From positions 1 through 33,934 of the forward strand of contig NIVC01000794.1 of NCBI GenBank assembly GCA_002269645.1: 33,934 nt of DNA. Reading direction: 5' to 3'. Under the pieces are notes generated by a model. The model saw nothing but the letters and a program-made list of their open reading frames with translations, ran no database searches and was not told where the DNA came from. This document shows positions 12,001 through 20,600 of the stretch, piece by piece. Made by a program: the position numbers and the translations under genes. Source of the stretch: Macrostomum lignano. Taxonomy: Eukaryota. Within the stretch, counting starts at the first letter, position 1. Each line of letters opens with the position of its first letter.

Positions 12001-15000
12001 CAACACGTTTAAACTTCGGAAGACTAATAATGCATTATAATGTACAACAAAATTCCAAGTCTGATTTTTACACGATGAAGAAGTCGATATTTCAACACCC
12101 TTGATTAAACCAGGACTCAAATTTCCCTATTTGCATCCCAGCTGCATAGCAACATATTTTCCCTTGGATACCATTGTTTCTATCACCTCAGCTGTTCCCA
12201 TTAAGGATTATGATGTCCCAGATTGCACATTAAAGCGAACTGACTACATTTTAAGCAAAGAAACGTATTCGTTATGCCATAATCGGCAAAATGCAATCAA
12301 TAGATTTATCCATGACAAAGATCAATATCCTTAGTCAAGCATTTGATTAACGAGTTCAAAATTTTAACAGCAGACAAGACGTTAAATTTCTATGCAACAC
12401 TTTAAAATTTGCACTTTAAACAGCCAGTGCAGAAATAGTCGTATACAAGAAAAAATAATTTGTTACTATGCGGTTGGACTGCTAGGGTAACAAATTCACA
12501 AGGAGTCTGTTCGCCTGCAAGCCAAAATTAAATAAGGTTGGGGACTTTAGAGGTTTAATTTGGCCTAGACCGTTGTATTAAGAAGATACCTATTAGTAGG
12601 TAAAACATCATGAAATGAAATGACATAAAATGACCATTTATCTAAAAAGTACCGATTCCAAAGCTCTATAAGTCTTTGAAGGCGACTCAAGTTACGCTTT
12701 TATAAGCCATATAAAATTTATTTGCCTGAGAAAGGCTAATGCGCAGTTCATACTACTGAGTAGTATTCTGCATACATGTGGGTCGCCAATTAGGCTAACA
12801 GTCGAGTGCTTGGCGACCCGGAGGTTAGCCGACCCATTTTAGTACGCGGGCGCGACCAGGCGCATAACCTCTGATCAAGCGACCCTTTGGCGACCATGTC
12901 AAATTATTGATATTTCACTTCCTTAACCCCGAACTAACCTCAAACAGCCCGTTTTGAGTCATTTGGAGTACATTAGTAGCAGAAAAAAAATTCGACCCGA
13001 AATACGACGGACAGCCGTCGCAACTCCGTCGCCGCGACCATTTTTTTCCCATCGGGCAGGCTCTGGGTGAGATGTGGGATCAGGTCCTGGGTGAGGTGTG
13101 GGATCAGGTCCTGGGTGAGGTGTGGCCGTGTGGCACTAGATTGCGGCAAGCCCAGCCAGCTCACCCAGATGGTGCCCATGAGGTTGACATCCACAGTGGC
13201 CCGGATCTGCGCCTCCGTCAGGTCCAGCAGCGGCCGGCCCTGGAAGACGCCGGCATTGCTGACCAGGATGTCCAGCTTGCCGAAACGCCGGACAACGTCG
13301 GCCAGGCAGTCGGACACGCTGTCCGGCCGGGTGACGTCCATCTGGTAGCTGGCAGTCAGATAGCCCCGCGACTCCAGCGACTTGGCCGCGTCGTGGACGG
13401 CAGCCTGGTGTGGGAGGGATTTTCACATAGAAAATATTCACATAGACAAAATGGGACTTCAATACGACGAACATGAAATTCTGACGAAAGTGACCATGGG
13501 ATTTTTTGAGTATCTCACTGAGAATCTCGAAAGGTGGTGGTGGTCCAGCAACTGACACTCTGGAAGGCTGGCACAGCAACTGAGGATCTGGGAGGCTGGC
13601 CCAGAAACTGCGGATCTGGGAGGCTGGTCCAGCAACTGCGGATCTGGGAGGCTGGTCCAGCAACTGAGGATCTGGGAGGCTGGTCCAGCAACTGAGGATC
13701 TGGGAGGCTGGCCCAGCAACTGAGGATCTGGGAGGCTGGTCCAGCAACTGACACTCTGGAAGGCTGGCACAGCAACTGGAGAACTGGGAGGCTGGTCCAG
13801 CAACTGAGGATCTGGGAGGCTGGTCCAGCAACTGACACTCTGGGAGGCTGGCCCAGCAACTGAGGATCTGGGAGGCTGGCCCAGCAACTGAGGATCTGGG
13901 AGGCTGGTCCAGCAACTGACACTCTGGAAGGCTGGCCCAGCAACTGGGGAACTGGGAGGCTGGTCCAGCAACTGAGGATCTGGGAGGCTGGCCCAGCAAC
14001 TGAGGATCTGGGAGGCTGGCCCAGCAACTGAGGATCTGGGAGGCTGGTCCAGCAACTGAGGATCTGGGAGGCTGGTGCAGCAACTGAGGATCTGGGAGGC
14101 TGGCCCAGCAACTGAGGATCTGGGAGGCTGGCCCAGAAACTGCGGATCTGGGAGGCTGGTCCAGCAACTGAGGATCTGGGAGGCTGGCCCAGCAACTGAC
14201 ACTCTGGGAGGCTGGACCAGCAACTGAGGATCTGGAAGGCTGGCCCAGCAACTGAGGATCTGGGAGGCTGGCCCAGCAACTGAGGATCTGGGAGGCTGGC
14301 CCAGCAACTGAGGATCTGGGAGGCTGGTCCAGCAACTGAGGATCTGGGAGGCTGGCCCAGCAACTGAGGATCTGGGAGGCTGGTCCAGCAACTGAGGATC
14401 TGGGAGGCTGGCCCAGCAACTGAGGATCTGGGAGGCTGGTCCAGCAACTGAGGATCTGGGAGGCTGGCCCAGCAACTGAGGATCTGGGAGGCTGGTCCAG
14501 CAACTGAGGATCTGGGAGGCTGGTCCAGCAACTGAGGATCTGGGAGGCTGGCCCAGCAACTGAGGATCTGGGAGGCTGGCCCAGCAACTGAGGATCTGGG
14601 AGGCTGGCCCAGCAACTGAGGATCTGAAAGGCTGGCCCAGCAACTGAGGATCTGGGAGGCTGGCCCAGCAACTGAGGATCTGGGAGGCTGGTCCAGCAAC
14701 TGAGGATCTGGGAGGCTGGCCCAGCAACTGAGGATCTGGGAGGCTGGCCCAGCAACTGAGGATCTGGGAGGCTGGTCCAGCAACTGAGGATCTGGGAGGC
14801 TGGTCCAGCAACTGAGGATCTGGGAGGCTGGCCCAGCAACTGAGGATCTGGGAGGCTGGCCCAGCAACTGAGGATCTGGGAGGCTGGCCCAGCAACTGAG
14901 GATCTGGGAGAAAACGCACTCACGCTGACATCGGTGAGCACAGTGACGCATTTCTGCTTGGCGAAGAGCTCAGCGGTAGCCAGGCCGATGCCCTGGGCAG

Positions 15001-15217
15001 CCCCGGTCACCAGCACGATCTGGCCGCTGACCTGAGCGGGCCGCAGCCCCAGCCAGGTGCGAGCGAGCTTCAGGCCGGCCTGCAAGAAGGACACGATCAG
15101 CACACCAAGGAGGTGCAGAAGAGCCAGAAGGAGCGGCCTGCCAGCCGGGGTTGGCGGGATTCGAGACTGACGGCCCTCGGAGGACCGGGGCGGCTGCTGC
15201 TGCTGCTGCTGCTGCAT
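1..15217 (-). CDS. Short-chain dehydrogenase/reductase, SDR16C-like (RDH10/HSD17B11/SDR16C5 family); multi-exon, 3' end runs off the window
   Basis: Phase-consistent GT-AG exons: 15217-14924 (294 nt), 13404-13165 (240), 802-696 (107), 621-454 (168), 49-<1. The joined protein has an N-terminal hydrophobic segment (LLLALLHLLGVLIVSFL), TGAAQGIG cofactor motif, LVSNAGV, GHIVSVAS catalytic Ser, YSASK (YxxxK, split across exons 3/4) and STVCPTF. The N-terminus has polyQ from (CAG)7. The ortholog is not assignable by eye. Confidence 0.92.
76..418. repeat. Degenerate ~21-22-bp minisatellite (GATTATCGATTGGCTGGGATG) in SDR intron 4
   Basis: About 15 imperfect tandem copies are visible and become more homogeneous at 280-390. 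Confidence 0.88.
835..2565. repeat. 24-bp minisatellite (GTGGGATCAGGCTCTGGGTGAGGT) in SDR intron 2, main block
   Basis: About 70+ tandem units with 18-bp deletion variants. It continues on the far side of the transposon at 13057-13125. Confidence 0.97.
3397..4372. repeat. 22-23-bp minisatellite (AAGGACACCTAATTTATCGCCCC / AAGGACATCTAGTTTAGCGTCCC) inside the transposon
   Basis: About 43 tandem units alternating between a few variant types. Confidence 0.95.
4995..8282 (-). CDS. Transposon-borne 5-exon gene, 467 aa, with DUF4806/BEN-like C-terminal domain
   Basis: Exons 8282-8076 (207), 7491-7333 (159), 6833-6633 (201), 6038-5411 (628), 5203-4995 (209). All are GT-AG with phases 0,0,0,1, totalling 1404 nt with no internal stop. 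The C-terminus LARCRGDSVASTIRRMLLKCITPEMMAQLNYCG...GFQTTLLPLLKRAVSTMYK...DVEKHVISALKHAGD resembles DUF4806 by my recall. The domain call is not HMM-verified. Confidence 0.78.
8531..9140. repeat. Compound (CT)n/(GA)n microsatellite and pyrimidine-rich low-complexity tract
   Basis: Pure CT runs at 8531-8565 and about 8985-9062, plus a ~60-bp CT-rich core duplicated at about 8840 and 8932. Confidence 0.95.
9687..11529. repeat. 183-bp satellite-like tandem array, 10 near-identical copies, inside the transposon
   Basis: TATCTGGAAAGCTG recurs at 9701, 9884, 10067, 10250, 10433, 10615, 10798, 10981, 11165 and 11348 (period 182-184). Confidence 0.97.
13057..13125. repeat. Residual ~3 units of the 24-bp intron-2 minisatellite on the right side of the transposon
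   Basis: CAGGCTCTGGGTGAGATGTGGGATCAGGTCCTGGGTGAGGTGTGG is the same unit as at 835-2565. Confidence 0.93.
13540..14910. repeat. 28-bp minisatellite (AGGCTGGCCCAGCAACTGAGGATCTGGG) filling SDR intron 1
   Basis: Period 28 (e.g. 14825, 14853, 14881), about 49 copies. It starts about 13 nt inside the intron after the GTGAGT donor. Confidence 0.97.
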
Positions 15218-15238
15218 GACTGGAAGAGTTCCAGCGGC

Positions 15239-15855
15239 AGGACCTGAATTTGATCGATGGGACCTGAATTTGATCGATGGGACCTGAATTTGATAGGACC
15301 TAAATTTGATGGGACCTAAATTTGATGGGACCTGAATTTTATGAGACCTAAATTTGATGGGACCTAAATTTGATGGGACCTGAATTTGATGGGACCTAAA
15401 TTTGATGGGACCTGAATTTGATGGGACCTAAATTTGATGGGACCTGAATTTGATGGGACCTGAATTTGATAGGACCTAAATTTGATGGGACCTAAATTTG
15501 ATGGGACCTAAATTTGATGGGATCTGAATTTGATGGGACCTGAATTTGATAGGACCTAAGTTTGATAGGACCTAAATTTGATGGGACCTGAATTTTATGA
15601 GACCTGAATTTGATAGGACCTAAATTTGATGGGACCTAAATTTGATGGGTCCTGAATTTGATGGGACCTGAATTTGATAGGACCTAAATTTGATAGGACC
15701 TAAATTTGATGGGACCTGAATTTTATGAGACCTAAATTTGATGGAACCTAAATTTGATGGAACCTAAATTTGATAGGACCTAAATTTGATGGGACCTAAA
15801 TTTGATGGGACCTAATTTCGAGGGGACCTAATATAATGATAGGACCTAAATTTGA
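15239..15855. repeat. 16-bp minisatellite (GGGACCTAAATTTGAT) immediately upstream of the SDR start codon
   Basis: About 38 tandem copies beginning about 22 nt upstream of the ATG at 15217. Confidence 0.95.
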
Positions 15856-16630
15856 ACTTTATGTGAAATTGTAAAACTTGAAAGTTAGGTCTTATTAGGC
15901 TGCTGACCAAATGCAATCAAATGTGGGTTTCGGTCATAGACAGTCTCATAGAGTCAAGCAAATTTGAAATTGGAAAAAAATCTAAAAAAGATTTGCGGCG
16001 CTTTTTTTCGAAGTAGTAAACTAAAAAATTATGCTTCTAATTTTGTATTTAATAAACAAAGCTCGTCACTCAATATAAACAGATTCTGTCAGCTAGGAGT
16101 TGAAAATATTTCTATATTGTGGTATAATTATTAATCAATATCAGGCCAACAACAACCAGGGCGGGGCACTTCTGTTTCTTGGAAAGCTATAAAAGCATGT
16201 CGATGGATGTTTTAAAAATCTCATGTCTCAACACATTTTTCCAAGAAACGAAATGTTGCCTCGCACTACTTATAGTAGCTGTCCGCTAAAGACATGTAGA
16301 CAATGAAAATTAAAATGAAATCGAAAATTATGGTATTTAAGTACGCATGCTAAATACGACGCCACATACAATTACTAAAGTACATTTCAATCAGTCACGC
16401 GCGTACTTTTAGATTCATTATTCTAATTGGTCAAGCCGTCAATGGAGACAAACAACTGGATTCTTTAAAAGGCCTGTCAAAGTGATTTATTTTTAATATA
16501 GATTGAGAAACAAAAACTCACTATCTGATTACTTTAGTAGTTAAATAGCGGAAAGGCTATTTCAATCTCATGAGTAGACATCAAATAATAATAAGGCTCA
16601 CCATAAGCCTGCTTGATTTGGCTTGAAAAA

Positions 16631-17505
16631 CCCCAGAATCTACCCCAGAATATCTATCCGCATCTACCCCAGAATATCTATCCGCATCTACCCCAGAATA
16701 TCTATCCACATCTACCCCAGAATATCTATCCGCATCTACCCCAGAATATCTATCCGCATCTACCCCAGAATATCTATCCGCATCTACCCCAGAATATCTA
16801 TCCGAATCTACCACAGAATATCTATCCGCATCTAACCCAGAATATCTATCCGCATCTTCACAGGAAAATTTATCCACATCTACTCAGGGATATCTATCAA
16901 CATCTACTCAGGAATATCTATCCGCATCTACTCAGGAATATCTATCCGCATCTACCCCAGAATATCTATCCGTATCTACCCCAGAATATCTATCCGCATC
17001 TAACCCAGAATATCTATCCGCATCTACCCCAGAATATCTATCCGCATCTACCCCAGAATATCTATCCGCATCTCCCCAGAATATCTATCCGCATCTACCC
17101 CAGAATATCTATCCGCATCTACCACAGAATATCTATCCGTATCTACCCCAGAATATCTATCCGCATCTAACCCAGAATATCTATCCGCATCTCCCCAGAA
17201 TATCTATCCGCATCTACCCCAGAATATCTATCCGCATCTACCCCAGAATATCTATCCGCATCTACCCCAGAATATCTATCCGCATCTACCCCAGAATATC
17301 TATCCGCATCTACCCCAGAATATCTATCCGCATCCACCCCAGAATATTTATTCGCATCTACCCCAGAATATCTATCCGCATCTACCCCAGAATATCTATC
17401 CGCATCTACCCCAGAATATCTATCTGCATCTACCCCAGAATATCTATCCGCATCTACCCCAGAATATCTATCTGCATCTACCCCAGAATATCTATCCGCA
17501 TCTAC
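16631..17505. repeat. 24-bp minisatellite (CCCCAGAATATCTATCCGCATCTA) downstream of the AIFM3-like stop codon
   Basis: About 36 tandem copies, with a more diverged patch at about 16855-16940. Confidence 0.96.
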
Positions 17506-17684
17506 ACACATACAAATAATTGGGTAGAAATTGAATTAAGAACACAAATTTAGTAGAGCAAATCAAGCAAGCGATTCAAAAATGGCCACATAGCAGACAA
17601 AAGAACTACTGATACGCAAGTAGTAGGAGAGCGCATAAACAATCGTAATTCTAAATCACCCGCTGGCATCAACAAAGCCGGTCA

Positions 17685-20600
17685 TCAGACGAGGCTCTTC
17701 AAGTCTACAGGCTGGCCCTTCTCCAGCAAGTTAGCCAGCACCACGGGGGCCGGGCCCGCGCCCACGGCCACCCCCGCCACCACCTGGTCGGCCTCCCCAA
17801 CCAGGTAGGTCATAAATTTGAATTCTTCCTTAGGCTCGGCCACTACGGCCCGTTTCCATGGCGACGAGGGCCGGCCGTCGCCGCCGGCGGCCAGGGCGGT
17901 GTAGCGGAAGCCGGTGCCGAACATCAGCGTCCAGAAGAAGGTGGCGAGCGGCTGCCGTACCGGCTTGCCGAGCATCGACCTGGCGGCCAGGCGGCCCTGC
18001 GTCTGCGCCGTCTGCCAGTGCCCGTAGCCGAGGACGTCGCCGGCGCCAAAGACGTTCGAGTCCGACGGCGAGCGAAGGTCCGGGCCGACCACCAGCGGGC
18101 TGCCCGGCTTGCCTCCGGCGAGGAGGCCGGCCGGCAGGAAGGCGGTGTTGGGCGTGGAGCCGATGCCCACCACACAGAGCTGAGCAGGCAGGGTGTCGCC
18201 CGACTTCAGCTTCAGACCGGACAGACCGCCCTGGGAGAGGGTGGGGTAAGGCTGGAGTACGTCTTCAATCGATCACTACAGTGAGGCTGGAGTGAGTCAT
18301 CAATTAGGGAGGCTGGAGTGCATCATCAATCAGTGAGTGAGGCTGAAGTGCATCATCAATCAGTGAGGCTGGGGTGCGTCATTAATCAGTGAGGCTGGAG
18401 TGCATCATCAATCAATCAGTGAGGCTGGAGTGCATCATCAATCAATCAGTGAGGCTGGAGTGCATCATCAATCAATCAGTGAGGCTGGATTGCATCATCA
18501 ATCAATCAGTGAGGCTGGAGTGCATCATCAATCAATCAGTGAGGCTGGAGTGCATCATCAATCAATCAGTGAGGCTGGAGTGCATCATCAATCAAGCAGT
18601 GAGGCTGGAGTGCATCATCAATCAATCAGTGAGGCTGGAGTGCATCATCAATCAGTGAGGCTGGAGTGCATCATCAATCAATCAGTGAGGCTGGAGTGCA
18701 TCATCAATCAGTGAGGCTGGAGTGCATCATCAATCAATCAGTGAGGCTGGAGTGCATCATCAATCAATCAGTGAGGCTGGAGTGCATCATCAATCAAGCA
18801 GTGAGGCTGGAGTGCGTCATCAATCAATCAGTGAGGCTGGAGTGCATCATCAATCAATCAGTGAGGCTGGAGTGCATCATCAATCAAGCAGTGAGGCTGG
18901 AGTGCGTCATCAATCAATCAGTGAGGCTGGAGTGCATCATCAATCAATCAGTGAGGCTGGAGTGCATCATCAATCAATCAGTGAGGCTGGAGTGCGTCAT
19001 CAATCAATCAGTGAGGCTGGAGTGCGTCATCAATCAATCAGTGAGGCTGGAGTGCGTCATCAATCAATCAGTGAGGCTGGAGTGCATCATCAATCAGAGG
19101 CTAATTATTCACCCACAGCCTCAGCACCAGCCCTCACCTGAGCATCGGAGGCGAAGGACTGCAGCTCCCCAATCACGAACTTGACTCCCTTGCTCTCGTG
19201 CAGCCGCCGGGCAGCCTTGCCGGCCTCTTCGCCGAACAGCGCCTTGAACGGCACGGGATCTCGGGCGAGCACCGTGACGGACTTGGCACCGTTGGCGACC
19301 AGGTAGGCGGCGGACTCCAGCGCGATGAAGGACGATCCGATGAGGACGGCGTCTGCGCCCTGACCGGCCGCGTGAATTCGCTTGGAGTCGTCCGGACTCC
19401 GCAGGTAGAAAACTCCGCGCTGAGGCGTGTCGACCTGGGATGGTTTTTGACGCAATCGATGAGGGCCGATCGTCCGGGGTGTACATGCTTGACAATGATA
19501 CGCGAGACAATAATAATAATAATAATAATAATAATAATTGATTACACCTGCCCTAATAGGCAGATGTGCAACCGACAGCTCAGCCGCAGCTATTGCGCGG
19601 TGCATCTGAAGGCTGCGTACGGCTGTTCAGTCCAAGGACTGGGGGGTCGCCACACACACCCTCGATTACCCCAGCTAATGCTGGCACCCATTTTACAGAC
19701 TGGTTGAACTGAAGCAAAGCAGAGTTAGGTGTCTTGCCCAAGGACACAAATTGTTCCAGTTGGATCGGGAATTGAACCCCCGACCTTCAAGTCGTGAGTC
19801 CTACGCTCTAACCGCTAGGCTACAACCTTTATCGCAATAAGTTCCTTACCAAGTCCAGGCGGGTTCAAACTTCAAAGTGGTGTATTTCTAGGAAAATTTG
19901 AATCAGGTGATCCCGCAGATCCCCCGAACAGCATTAGCAGCAGGTGCTCACAGCCATCTGCCTGGCCGAGGAACCTGAGCACACCAGCAGCTTGGTGTAG
20001 GGCAGAACCACTCGGCCATTCTTAGACTGAAACTCCACAGTCCGCTGGGCCGGGTCTACGGACTCAACTCGGGACTCCAGCATGAGCTCAATGTCATGCT
20101 GAGCATAGTGCTCAGCGGTGCGCAGCAGCGCCGGCTCGGCGGCCATGGCTTTGCTCAGCTTCGTGCGGTCGAACGGCGGCACGGAGTCGGCGCTGAGCAC
20201 CGTCAGCTTGCCGCGGTAGCCCTCCTGCCGCAGGCTGTCGGCGGCGGCTGCAGCGGCCGGCCCGCCGCCAACGATGACGAAGTGCTCGGATGCGAACTCC
20301 GGCTGGTAGCCGGCCAGCGGGCGCTGCACCACGAACTTGCCGTCCGCTGGCGGCGTGCCCTCCACCAGCACCATCTGGTCCGAGGCGCGCACCGACACCT
20401 GAGTGCGGGATAAGCGACGTAAGTTAACGAGGAATTCGCCGATACACTCAGCGACAAGATCAGCGACACACTCAGCAACAAGATCAGCGACACACTCAGC
20501 GACAAGATCAGCGACACAATCAGCAACAAGATCAGCGACACACTCAGCAACAAGATCAGCGACACACTCAGCGACAAGATCAGCGACACACTCAGCAACA

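Larger units (their letters stand above)
2566..13056. mobile_element. 10,491-bp non-autonomous DNA transposon with TIRs, probably EnSpm/CACTA (CMC)-like
   Basis: The left end CCCGGTGGGAAAAAAATGGTCGCCGCGACGG (2566-2596) matches the reverse complement of the right end CCCGATGGGAAAAAAATGGTCGCGGCGACGG (13026-13056) at 29/31 positions. CA is duplicated at 2564-2565 and 13057-13058, and removing the element restores GGAT-CA-GGCTCTGGGTGAG, a normal repeat unit. CGACGG subterminal motifs occur at both ends. The superfamily is inferred from the 2-bp TSD and termini; no transposase was seen. Confidence 0.88.

Noticed and set aside
2566-13056. piggyBac assignment for the CCC...GGG element
   Set aside because: The flanks show a CA duplication, not TTAA.
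13136-15217. 693-aa ORF as a single-exon protein
   Set aside because: Only the first 98 codons are SDR. A GTGAGT donor follows, the 1,519-nt intron is not a multiple of 3, and the ORF is out of frame with exon 2.
16581-19184. Repeat ORFs (QNIYPHLP, DADRYSGV, VRLECIINQS, HHQSISEAGV)
   Set aside because: These are minisatellite translations in intergenic or intronic positions.
19755-19829. Functional tRNA gene
   Set aside because: A and B boxes are present, but the anticodon and acceptor stems pair poorly, and the sequence continues into a SINE body and (ATT)n tail.
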